A stretch of DNA of 35,653 nucleotides from Psammoneis japonica (taxonomy: Eukaryota), in the NCBI GenBank assembly GCA_008632985.1, contig QPGO01000382.1, positions 1 to 35,653 on the forward strand, in the 5' to 3' direction. A program made the position numbers and the translations under genes. The notes beneath the pieces were generated by a model. That model made no database searches. It saw only the letters and a program-made list of their open reading frames with translations, and was not told where the DNA came from. Within the stretch, counting starts at the first letter, position 1. Every line of letters begins with the position of its first letter. Positions 21,377-33,083 of the stretch are shown in pieces.

Positions 21377-22761
21377 ATGAAGAATGGGTACAGCAGCAGG
21401 CCCCAAAACCGGAGCGTTGTCGTTCATTGGCGTGCAGTGACGTTTGTATTTTGATTGGTCTCTCGTTTCGTGGATTACACACAAACTTGAACGTGTTTCA
21501 CTTGTTCATTCCAAAGTTTCTCGGCGAACAGACTCTAAGAGCGTTCGAAAGCAACGGTTTGTTTTCCAGCTCGTATAAAACAAAACTACCAGAAGCTCTT
21601 TTGCCCGTTACTTTTTCAGGCTGTTGCACCGGACACAGTACGATATTACATGCGACATGCCTTACAGAGAAAGCTTGCAATGTTTCGCATTATCCTTTTT
21701 CCTCACCACAAGAGGCGTCATACTTTAAAAGGTCGGTGCTTAATGGTACAGAGAAGATGGAGTTGAGAAGAATTTGCATGCAAGCTGCAGAGCGAAAACC
21801 GCCTCCCCTGCGGTGGTGCTCATCCCAAAATCTGCCGACAGATGAGAAATATCCCATGGGTTGTAGTCAAATTTCCATGGGCGGTGGGTCCGGGCCGTAC
21901 GACCGAGTCTTGTTGTTTCCGCAAGGAAAGCTAGCATTTTGTGGAATACCCAAAGCCGGAGTCACGCAGTGGATACAGTTTTTGCGATTTACCTTTGGAG
22001 CAAAGGATTACCAAAGCCCGCCATACTCCAAATCAGACGTGGGATATGCCATGTTTGATACTATGTGCAAAGAAATACGAGACGAAATTTGGAATGATGA
22101 GTCTTGGACCAAGGCGATCTTTATTCGCAACCCGGCTGAACGTTTGTTGTCGGGATATCTCGACAAGATTGAGGGCAATCAAAGATTCGTTGGAGCGAAC
22201 GTGACGTTTGCAGACTTCGTTGATTTTCTTGCAATGAAGCAAGTACTCAGATTAGATTCAGACAAGGGCCGATCACAAGGCATGTTCACTGGACTCTCCT
22301 GGAAAACTGATCCGCACTTTCGACCGCAGGCTTGGGCTTGCGGATTGTCTGAGGAATTGGACAGGTTTCAATACGTCGCGTCAATGGACCGTGTCGCCTA
22401 CCATACAAAATCATTGCTACAGCAAGTAAATATGTGGGATTCCTTTGGACGTCACTATCGTTTGTCAAATGGGACAAATTCAAATGACACCGCAAATGTA
22501 AAGTGGCCTCCCGATCCTCTGCAGCAACAAGACGAGGAACTGGGTTTCCAGCAACAAGTTGGTAAGATTACCGACTCGGCAGGAGCGCACAACACTGGTG
22601 CATCAAGCAAGATCGAAAAATACTATACTCCAGAACTAATGAAGAGAGTACGAGATCTGTATGCGATGGATTTTGCGTTGTGGGATGCACTGCAAGTCGC
22701 CGACAAGGAAGGCTTTGTACGCGGCAAAGACATTGTGAAGAAACTGAACCCAAAGTGTTGA
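21377..22761 (+). CDS. Golgi-type carbohydrate sulfotransferase (Sulfotransfer_2/CHST-like), copy 1
   Basis: FCGIPKAGVTQW (5'-PSB), FIRNPAERLLSGYLDK (3'-PB) and DPHFRPQ. Alignment with copy 2 puts the start at ATG 21377 (MKNG), with a 1-nt deletion near 21450. Confidence 0.85.
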
Positions 22762-23697
22762 ATGCAAGAATAGACATTTTGCATTCGTTGCTTCTCCATT
22801 CCGCTCGCTCTTACTTGCTACAGGTTGACTCGCTCACTTTGATCGTGCAATCACTGACGCCGACTAAGGAGCTGTTTATCCTTGCAGCTTTACTTTTTTC
22901 AAGTACGACAAAACAACGCTGCTGTTCCGTGACCGTCTTCCGCCAAACGTGAAGCTACAAACAAAACTATGATTCAAAAAGCTACGTCGACGTTATTGTT
23001 ATCGCTTTTGCATTGTTTTGGATAAGATCGAAGAAAATGAAGTAGTCCTTCAAGTGGGGTCTCAAACACCCGCTTCCTCGAATGGTGCACTTCCCTGAAT
23101 TCTGGAAAAGATGATCTCTCTACGAGCCACGTCAGTTTCAACTAACAAACCCTTCAGCTGCTACCAATACTACTGCCGACACTGAAATAAGTTGGCATTT
23201 TTACTGGTTCGGCCTCTGGAAGCGAGAGTCACGATGCCCTCAAACCCTACTTTCTAGAGATAAGTACTGCATTATTTTCTAGAGTGTTTCTAAAATTACT
23301 CGCTCATCGGTTCATTGGATATTCAAAATGTGAGCAAACGTACTATGTCATGGATTCCATAAAAAGAAAGCGAACCACTGCATAGACATGAATTACATTC
23401 GCTAATGGATATGATAATATTTCATTCCGCGACCAGAAATATCGGAGACATTCGAATTATTTAACGCAAATGACTGCAAGTGACAAATCCGGGATCACTC
23501 AATCACAGCATTTGTAATTCGTAATCCGACATCACATCCGCTTCGCCGATCCCAATTTATGATAACTTCTATATTTCGCACCCTCCCGCCTCCCAAACCT
23601 CCCGCGGCTTTCCTCATTCGCTTTCACGCCTCGAAAAACGAGTCGTTTATTTTGAGTAGCCTATCGTATTTGACGATCGCTTGAAGCAGAACGTGAC

Positions 23698-25131
23698 ATG
23701 ACGAACGGGCAAAGCAGGCAAAAATATCAGATCGTGAATTGGCAGACGTTGGCGTTTGCGAGTTTGATTGGTCTCTGTTTTCATGGATTCCAAACGAGCT
23801 CAAGTTCCTTTCACTCTTTCATTCCAGAGCTCATAGGCGAACCGGCTCTGAGAGCGTTGGAATTCAACTATTTGTTTTCAAGCGATACTTCTCGCGAAAG
23901 TTCGCTTGAAACAGAGCTGCCAGATGCTCTTCGACCGGTGTCGTTTTCAGGCTGTTGCAGTGGACATTTTTCGGATTTCCATGCAACATGCCTTACAGAG
24001 AAAGCTTGCAATGTCTCCTATTATCCATTTTCATCTCCGGAAGAGGCGTCATACTTTAAAGGATGGGAACTAAGCGGAAAAGAGAAGATGGAGTTGAGAC
24101 AAAAATGTCTGGAGTACGCCGAGAGAAAACCTCCTCCTACACGATGGTGTTCATCAGAGAAACTTCCAACAGATGAGAAATACCCCATGGGTTGTAGCAT
24201 GAATTCCATGGGCGGTGGTTCAGGGCCTTATGATCGTGCATTAGTATTTCCGCAAGGAAAGCTGGCATTTTGTGGCATCCCCAAAGCCGGAGTCACGCAG
24301 TGGCTTCAGTTTTTGCGATTTACCTACGGTGCAAAGGATTACCTAAGCGTACCATATTTCAAGTCAGATGTAAGTTATTCTAGGCTCGATGTTTTGAGCG
24401 AAGAAGTGAGAGACGAAATTTGGAGTAACACATCATGGACCAAGGCGATCTTTATTCGTAACCCGGCTGAACGTTTGTTGTCTGGGTATCTTGACAAGAT
24501 TGAGGGCAAACCAGTACATGTCGGTCACGCGAATGTGACCTTTGCAGAGTTCATCGATATCCTTGCAATGAAGAACATCACCAGACTGAATTCAAAGAAT
24601 GGCCCATCAACAGGAATGTTCACTGGGCTGTCATGGCATACTGATCCGCACTTTAGACCACAAGCTTGGGCATGCGGATTGTCTGAGGAATTGGACATGT
24701 TTCATTACGTCGCATCAATGGACCGTGTCGCCTTCCATACAAAATCATTGCTGCAGCAAGTAAATATGTGGGATTCCTTTGGACGTCATTATCGTTTGTC
24801 AAATAATGAAACAAACTCTATATTGACACCATGGAAAGTGTGGCCTCCCGAACCCCAGCTACAACGAGAAGGGGAGGCAGAACTGGGTTTCCAGCAACAA
24901 GTTGGCAAGATTACCGACTCGGCGCGAATGCACAATACTGGTGCAACAAGCAAAATCGACAAATATTATACTCCAGAGCTTATGAAGAGGGCGCGAGATG
25001 TTTATTGGATGGACTTTGCTTTATGGGATGCACTACAAGAGGCAGACAAGGAAGGCCTTGTACACGGCAAAGACATTGCAAAGAAACTTAACCCAAAGTG
25101 TGGAATGCAAGAGTCGCCTTTAAAAAGCTAG
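23698..25131 (+). CDS. Golgi-type carbohydrate sulfotransferase (Sulfotransfer_2/CHST-like), copy 2
   Basis: Intact 477-aa ORF with an N-terminal signal anchor and the same PAPS-binding motifs; clear tandem paralog of 21377..22761. Confidence 0.9.
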   Translation: MTNGQSRQKYQIVNWQTLAFASLIGLCFHGFQTSSSSFHSFIPELIGEPALRALEFNYLFSSDTSRESSLETELPDALRPVSFSGCCSGHFSDFHATCLTEKACNVSYYPFSSPEEASYFKGWELSGKEKMELRQKCLEYAERKPPPTRWCSSEKLPTDEKYPMGCSMNSMGGGSGPYDRALVFPQGKLAFCGIPKAGVTQWLQFLRFTYGAKDYLSVPYFKSDVSYSRLDVLSEEVRDEIWSNTSWTKAIFIRNPAERLLSGYLDKIEGKPVHVGHANVTFAEFIDILAMKNITRLNSKNGPSTGMFTGLSWHTDPHFRPQAWACGLSEELDMFHYVASMDRVAFHTKSLLQQVNMWDSFGRHYRLSNNETNSILTPWKVWPPEPQLQREGEAELGFQQQVGKITDSARMHNTGATSKIDKYYTPELMKRARDVYWMDFALWDALQEADKEGLVHGKDIAKKLNPKCGMQESPLKS

Positions 25132-25467
25132 TCGAGAAGTAGTGTTTTCGCTCGACAGACTAGAACTCCCTCGCTTTTCCGTTTTTCTCCCTGTGAATTC
25201 TATATGCTAGGCTACAGTAGTTGAGAAAGACAAACAAACAGAAATTAAACTATATAGCCAAAAGGCCCTGATTTATATATCTAGAATGGCGATGTCGCCA
25301 GAAGGGTGTTGAAATATTAGTACACAAACCCGTATACAGACCTCCCATGTTGGGAGCGATGCAAAACCAATTTTGTAATATACCACTCATGTATGCAAGT
25401 ACAGAAAACGTAAACACGAACACAGCACACCAGATGGACCAAACAACCCTCGACATGCACAACCAAC

Positions 25468-25501
25468 ACACAAACCCCAACACAAACCCCAACACAAACC
25501 C
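25468..25501 (+). repeat. Short tandem repeat, 12-bp unit ACACAAACCCCA, about 3 copies
   Basis: acacaaaccccaacacaaaccccaacacaaaccc read directly, just beyond the 3' end of the minus-strand gene. Confidence 0.8.
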
Positions 25502-25517
25502 ACTACATAACCGTTCC

Positions 25518-26734
25518 TTACAAGGACGCATTTTTTGGAAAATGATACCGCGCCGCCAATTTGGGAGAAATGGCATTTTTCAAACGACGAACAACTTGCT
25601 CCACCAAGAATGCACGAGGCGACAAATCTTGCTGCTGAAGCGCCTTGGTTGTCCAGGGAACAGCATGAAGGGGCGTGTAACAAATGGAAATGCCCGTGGC
25701 GACATGAAAATAAGGTGCCAGGGCGTCTTGGATGGCTGGCATTCTCGAGAATACGTGTCCAACTCGGCCATGTCCACAATGTTGGATGCCGTTTCGTCAT
25801 AGATACCATTGTTACCCACCGCATCCATGTGGGCCTTCATCTTGACGAGCTTCTGCTGGACGCTTTCGGCTAGGGCCGGAAAGGCAGGATTATCCAGCAT
25901 TCCCAACAAGGTGTGCGCAATCTTGTAGAATTGATAAATTTTCGACATGGCGTAGACATAATTGTACTTGAAAATCTTGTAGGTCGGGATCAAAAGCTCT
26001 TGCCCTTGAATGGTTTCGTGGCGGTCGGGATGATCACTGGGATTGGTTGCGTCCGTGCCGGTAAGCACGACGCGAAAGTTAGTCATGCCAACAAGACACT
26101 CTTGCAGAGCCGTGCACAAGTTGGTGACGGACGCAACGTTGCGGGCAAAGGGATTCTCACCCGTATGACGACCCAAGGTAAAGTACACGGTAAAGATCTT
26201 GTCGGGAGCATTTGCCTTGTAATCTGCAAGGGCCTGTTGGAAAACATTCCTGAATTCGTCGGAACCCACGTCTGCAACATCCAAGTGGGATTTGGGAATG
26301 TGTACAATGTTGGAGGGAAGATCCTTGACGGTGGACCGTGAAACAGTGTACACCTTGTCGCATGACCCCGAGAGCAACTCGACAAGGGTTTCTGAAATGG
26401 AGCTAGGTTTAGCTGCGTACTTGCCACCAAACACAATTGGAAATTCATTGGCGTTGGGCTGAAGCTGTTGCACGTCGGCCCATATTTCCTTTTCTTGCTC
26501 CCACATGTCTTTATTGATATTGCGAAAGAATTCCAACACTTCTGGCATTGCTTCTGTTTCGTCCTTGAACTCTGGAAGAGAGACGAAGTGCTCCAGCTTT
26601 GCACGAATCGGAGTAGTCATCAAGAGCCTGTAATAAGCGAGTGTAGGAGAACCGCCAGTGGCCTTGACTGCCTCCTCTTGTTCAGCCAATAAGGCCTTCA
26701 TATGTGCTTCTGCCGATTTATTTGTCGTCGACAT
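25518..26734 (-). CDS. Uncharacterised ~405-aa protein, possibly an atypical NAD(P)-binding Rossmann/SDR fold
   Basis: ORF 25580..26734 with a probable frameshift near 25740 into ORF 25518..25742, which reads as more natural protein. IVFGG...VYTVSRS and a YAMSK (YxxxK) motif suggest an SDR-like fold. Confidence 0.6.
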
Positions 26735-26951
26735 GGTGTACAGTTCTAATCACAGGAGAAAGAGAAATAATGAAGTTTCCTCCCTTCTCGTATTGTTGTC
26801 GTTGCCGCTGTGAGCGCTCCTGTGCGTCCGCCGCGCTACTGTACTGTGCGTGATGATGCACGAATCGAATAAAATGCGATACTGTAATGCACGGATCAAA
26901 ACAGCCAGAGCGCGGAACTATTTTGTTGCAGCATCAAAACTCACCGGCATT

Positions 26952-29751
26952 ATGCGTCGTCGTGTCAATGATCCGCCCGCACGAAGCAGGCTGAAATTCG
27001 ATGATCTTGGGGAAGAAGGGAGGCCTCTGGTTTCAGAAGGCACATCACTCAATGTTGAGTGGGTCGGCCTTACATCAGAAGCATGCCCTCTTCACGGGGG
27101 CGTTGAATGCCCCCGTGAAGAAACGTTGCTTCGGGATCCTTGGGGCGGAGAAATTGAAGCTTATCAAAGACCGTCATCAATGGGTCCGAGCAAGCAGCTT
27201 ATTTACATTATCCATCGTGGACCTGACACAAAAGCAGGCTCAGTGAATCCTTTGGCGCATGCCTTGGAGCAGTTCGGGGTTGAGCGCTTTGCCGACGAAT
27301 TTCACGAGGATCACTCGATGCCCACGGGGCACTCGAATTACAAGTCCATGCAGCGTGGCCTCTATAGTTGTTCCCATGTGGCGGTTGTGCTGAGCAGAAA
27401 TTTCATGGAATCGGAACATTGCACTCGAGAGGCTAACACTGTTCTCAAACGAAATTACGATGGAGATTCCGTCACAATTCTGCCGCACTGCTTCGGAGTC
27501 GACATTGACGATCCAAGATTCAACGAGTTTAACAGGCTTATTCGGCAAAATCAACCAGGTGGAACATCTGGCATTGTTCAACAAGGCAGCGGCGAACGAC
27601 AATTTTTGATAAAAATCGCGTCTGACATCCTCCTTCATTTTGGGAAAGTTGTTCAACCCGAGGAAATAAAGCGAGTCGTCATCAACTACAACACACAACT
27701 GCACGAAGAACCGTCAGCCGTGGAAGCGAGGCATCGTTCCTGTTGGCGCACCCACAGCAGGCGCTATCCAAGGTGCAGACCTGGGTGGGGAATCATCTCA
27801 CTGCCAGTGTGTTTGGTGATTCTGGGTGTCATCTCCAATGTGTTTTGCGCCCGCAGGAGCTGGTGCGTCGAAAGACATCGATGCAACGCAATTGCTCGGG
27901 ACATTCCATTCGGTCTGTCACTTTCAAGGATTGAAGAAATTGTTGATGTTGTGAACAACCACTCATTGCTCGGGTCTCATGTTGGATGTCCCGCCAGTGA
28001 GTGTAGCGCGACCCCGGAAACTCAGGCCTTGGCTTGGTTAATTGAACGTGACCAAAAGCAACTGTTTTCTTCAAGCAGTTGTGTGGAGCGGCACGTGTTG
28101 GTAACTTTATGGTTTGCTGTTGGGTCGTTCGGGAATTCAGAAGGATGGCTTACGCCCACTGACCACTGTACATGGCAAGGTGTGGAATGCGTCTCGAGTT
28201 GTACATGGCACGGTGTCGAATGCAGCTCACGTCAGGCTCATGTCGTGTCCCTTCGCTTACACAAAAGCAAGCTCAGTGGGCAATTGCCAATCGACATTGG
28301 TCTCCTGAATGGAATTCGTTCCATAGATTTGTCGGAGAACTGGTTGACTGGCACAATTCCGTCATCTCTCAGCAGACTGACGAGTTTAGAGAGGCTTATA
28401 ATAAACGGAAACTCACTATCTGGTCCGCTCCCTGCTGAGTTCTCCATTCTATCAGGCCTTGAAATGGCTTGGCTCTTTCAGACGGGCTTGGCTGGTACTG
28501 TACCGCATAGTTGGTGCAGAAATCGGGACCGAAAGCCATGTGACCACTGCTCTGAGGACTCCGCAGAGTTTGGCTTGATCAGTTTGATGCCACAGAGTCA
28601 GCTGTGCATGCTGTACCTGTTGTTCCAATGCTAGACCTTGTAAGCCTTTCAATATTACCAGAGCTGTGGCGGAATCTCCGATTGCGAAACTCATCCGAAA
28701 TGTTTCAGATGTTCCTGAGCTTGATTACCCTATGTACGGTAAAGCCAGGCGAGAAGCGGTCGTACTTGCATGGCTTCTTTTCGAGAATTCAATCGAACTC
28801 TCTGTCCAAGACTTGCCGTGGAAGATAGAGCAGCGCTATGCGCTTGCTACGCTTGTGTTTCCACTTTCGTCTTCTCAAGCTTTCCGTAACTTTGGGGGTG
28901 TCGACGAGTGCGATTGGAACTTCGTTGTTTGTCAAGATGGAGTTGTCGATGAGATCTATATGCAGTGGGATACGGCGTTTGGTGGTGCTTCTGCGGTGAA
29001 TGGTATCTTCATTTCGCCTGACCTTGCCATGCTGTCATCTTTAAGAAGACTTTATATTTACAATGCTCGAACCTTCGGTAAGCTTCCGTCCTCCCTCGAT
29101 CGTATGCGCCAACTGGAGAGTTTCATTATCGATTATGGAGATCCCAATTCTCTCCACGGAACTATTCCTTCATCGATTGCTGGTATGACGAGGTTAAAAT
29201 ATTTTTCCGTGCGGAAGGCAAAGCTCACAGGCACTATCCCATCTGAATTTGGTCTCTTAAAAGGCATCGAGGGGGTGAGCCTTCCGGAAAACGCACTTAG
29301 GGGATCACTGCCTCACGAAATTGGTCTTTTGAGACAATTAAAGGTACTGAATGTCGAAAAGAACTTATTGACGGGATCCCTCCCCCCTTCCTTTAGTATG
29401 CTAACAGACTTGACCACCCTGACTTTGAAAGGCAACAAGCTTTCAGGAACGCTACCAGCATCCATGGGTAGATGGACGGATTTAAGAGACCTCGACGTAA
29501 GGGGTAATTCTTTCGCGGGCACGATTCCCCGGATAACTGCACACTATCCAGACAAACATTATTATGTTGATTTGAAAGGCACAAACTTGACTGGTACGAT
29601 GCATCTGTGTTCAGAGAAAGAGTTGAAAGGATGCATTCGTGCTGATCTCGACAAAGTTTCTTGCCCGTGTTGCCGCGACTGTCTTGAGCGAACTATAGGG
29701 GGTGCCTTGAGTTTGGACCGACCCATATTAAGAGGACCCCCATTCTACTAG
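26952..29751 (+). CDS. TIR domain - transmembrane helix - two LRR modules (predicted type II membrane receptor)
   Basis: TIR at ~27190-27650: IYIIHRGPDTK...LAHALEQFGVERFAD...VAVVLSRNFMESEHCTRE...ILP. TM GIISLPVCLVILGVISNVFCA at ~27789-27851. LRR caps QALAWL/HCTWQGVEC and LAWL/ECDWNFVVC; plant-type LxxLxLxxNxLxGxIP repeats; VSCACC and VSCPCC C-caps. The two ORFs join via an apparent frameshift at ~28585-28600. Confidence 0.8.
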
Positions 29752-29848
29752 CCAAGTCAGATTAAGTTTGGCGCTAGATCAGAACTTTTGTGACCAAAAA
29801 AATGAAATGCAAAGAGGAAAATGACCGAACTCCGCCCTGCCTACAGTA

Positions 29849-32828
29849 CCCTGATTATCATAGAAAATCTGTACGAAAATCAAAATCTGTACCTATTTTT
29901 GAGGGGCTTGATGGACCGGCTGCGCTCTCATGGTACGGCCGGTTAAGTGTTTCGCCTCACGGGGAGGGACCCGGAGAGGCGTCTTGCAGTCAGGTGGATG
30001 TCAACTAAGCATTATGTACCCATCAGGGCCTGGAATTTCAACTTGTTTTTCGGAATTTTGAAAAAATGGGACCTCGTTGGTCGGCGAAAGGAGGAGCAAA
30101 CGGAGCGAGATTTTTCAAACCGGATGGATGGGTCTGACTTTTATGGACCAAGTGCAATGCATGAAGGTGGATGAGGAAACGATGGTTTCAGGGTTCTGTC
30201 TACGTTGCCATGCATGGAACACCGATCGTGAAGTTGAGACCAAAATTCAGAAAAAGAGCTCGCAACATGCTACACGATTACATAAAAGCAAAAATATCTC
30301 CAAAATGGTTCTACAGATTTTGTTATGATTCGCTCATGTTATGCAGCTGAGTACAAGAGATGTTTTGGAAACGAGAAAAGTGGGGGGATTCTGACTCGTT
30401 TTCGAGATAGAAGGCATTAAAGTTATAAAAAAATAGCACAAATGACGTCACTTCCTGAAAAAGTATTCTTTGATGAGAACGCATGTGAGGAGTTGTAAAA
30501 ATTGTTCGTGAATATAGAAGTATGATTGTGTGACGCTAAGTTCGCTAATCGTGTTTTTGAAGGGCCATACGACAGTGTTGTGATGATTATGACCCAGTCA
30601 TACAGTAGAATAAATATGATCACATCATGTCATGACACATGTTGTGACATCAACAAATTGCCTTTGTTTCGATGTGGCTTGTTGTAATTTGTCGTTGCGA
30701 CAAAAGAAAGAGCATTTCATTTATGTATTCTTTTCCTTTGACGAAAATATCGCAAATCTTAGGAAGAGTTTTCTGATTGGCCAAAACACATAAATGCAAT
30801 GCCCACTGACAAAATATCACATAAGACCAATAAAACAACACTTAAGCCCCTTAAAATGACACAACACCCATCTGCCTTTGCATGTGTTGTGCCACTGTGT
30901 TCGCACCAGCGAAAGACAAAACAATGACAGGCGACGGGATGCCTGCAGCCAATGGCACAAACATTGGAATCCTCATCACTTTGTCAGAAGCAAAGCCTGA
31001 GAGATGTCAAGATTGAAGCAGTCCTTCGGCCAGTGCATCAAAAATGCAGAACACAGAAAAAGAGTTTTGTGCTTGCACACCATGACCATGCTTTGCAGTT
31101 TGTTCTGTCCTCGCCAGTTTGCTCTGCCCACGCTTTTCAGCGCCTCACCATGATTCATCTGTGTGTGGTTTTAAATTGCACAGAAGGTTCTCTGCTGCTC
31201 TGCATTGCCAGAAACTCCTTCACAAAATGCGGCCCACTTCCATGCGCACACACTCCATGTTTGTGTGTTGCTTCAGCACCTTGTTCAAATCATCAGCTTG
31301 TCCAGTGCATGCAAAACTTTGATGACAAGCACAAGACAGAAGCACAGCAACAACAAAACTCTTTTGCAGGGGAGCAGCTGGTGCATCTGGGGAGCAAAGC
31401 CAATTGGCGTGCTTTTTGCTGCCTCGGCAGGGTGCCCTTGCCTGTGCAGTGCTTTTCTTCTCTTCTTTTGATCCAGTGCTCCTGTTCCCTTTTTTCAAGA
31501 TCATGCACATGACCCCAGTTTGAGTTGTCTCCAGTGACTTTGCTCACCCCAGCTTGCAGCACGACCCCCCTGCTCTCACTTGCAAACCCAGCAGCCCCGC
31601 TGGCACAGCCAGAAATGAGCTTTCTTGTTGTTTTTCTTCATGTGCAAAAACAATTCAGCAGCAGCTTCACTTCAAGCAAGAGATCTGCTTCTGGCAACTG
31701 CCATCTGGGTTTGTTGGGTTGCAACTGCAGCTCTTTTGAAGAGCAAGCTGATGCATCTGGGTTGCCACCACACCTGGCGCTGGCCCCCGAGCTGCAGCTG
31801 CTGTCCACACACAGCACTTGCACCACAGCACAAACTGGGTGAAGGAAAATCCTTGAGAAGCTGGTCATTTCATGTCAAAACTGCATCTAGAGTTTGCTCT
31901 CAACTGCTTTGATGTCAAAATTGACCCCATTGCAAAACAAACAACCAGCTCATCCCGGCGAGTGGACCGAGCCGGGACTTCTCTCTTCCGCCCCAGCGCC
32001 TCTTTGCTTTTCATTTCACACTGCTTTGAGCACAAGAAGAGTCTTTGTGGCTTGACTTTGCCTTTCAACAAAGTGCAACTTGCACAGCACTTGAACTTCC
32101 TTCCATGCAACTTGCAATTCATGCCAACCATGGAGCTGTCTAAGAGCGCAAATCTTTTGTTTTTCCAACAGCAAAACCTGTGTTTGCTGCAGCGGGTGCC
32201 TTGCTGCTGTGTCTTTTGTGTGCCAGTGCACCATTTCTTGCCCCACCTGCTCTCTTCCCCCCCCCCCCCCTTGACTTCAAGCTGCACACCACAACTCAGG
32301 TTGTGCCAAATGTCCTGGATCTCCAGGAGGCATGATGGCGCTGCAGCTGGCACTCGCCTGTTGTGCCCTTGTTCTTTCTGATTTTGTCAACAGACAACCA
32401 GAGTGCCAACACTCAACATTTGCCACACCACAGCAACAAGCCTGTCACCTTGCTCTGCTGCCCCCCTCCTTGCCCACATTGGTCCATCACCCCTTTTTCC
32501 ATCAATCGTGTGCCCGCCCACCCAGCACCACCTTTCCTCCTTCTGTGGCCGCCAAAGTCTGCGCGCAACTTGAAAAAATCTGTACCTATTCTGAACGGAA
32601 ATCTGGAATCTGTACCCTAGTACAAATGTACGTAGGATGTACGTATAACGCGCCAGGCCTACCTGGGAAGGGGCTCTTCAAATCTGAGAAAATCCAAAGC
32701 CAGTTTTAGCGAAATCAATGAAAATCTATACTTTTTCAGAATCTGTACCTATTTCTCCGGAAGCCTTTGAAAATCTGTACCTATTTTTAACCAAAATCTG
32801 GAGTACAGATTTTCTATGATAATCAGGG
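29849..32828. mobile_element. TIR DNA transposon (2.98 kb) with TA target-site duplication (Tc1/mariner-type insertion), non-autonomous or decayed
   Basis: Perfect 26-bp inverted repeats CCCTGATTATCATAGAAAATCTGTAC (29849..29874) and its reverse complement (32803..32828), each flanked by TA (29847-48, 32829-30); subterminal AATCTGTACCT repeats; no recognisable transposase inside. Confidence 0.9.
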
Positions 32829-33083
32829 TACCCAGCCAGAGGGCGATAGGTCTCAACATTTAACTAGTGCTATTGCCCTTTAGTTTTTCAAAATTCAGTA
32901 GAAGCTACATACGCGTGACCAGTACAAATCCTCTACGGTGTAACATACTGTACCAGCAGTATTTTGAGGGTTGCGATTTCTTGTGGTCACTGCACTTTTC
33001 ACAATTATTTTAGAAGACACATTTCATGTGTATTCTACACCAACAAAAGCAACAACAGTCACCACAGCAACTGATTGTTCACG

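Noticed and set aside
30952..32709. ORFs inside the TIR element as a transposase or cargo gene
   Set aside because: Same stop-depletion artefact; no DDE or HTH motif could be recognised in any frame.
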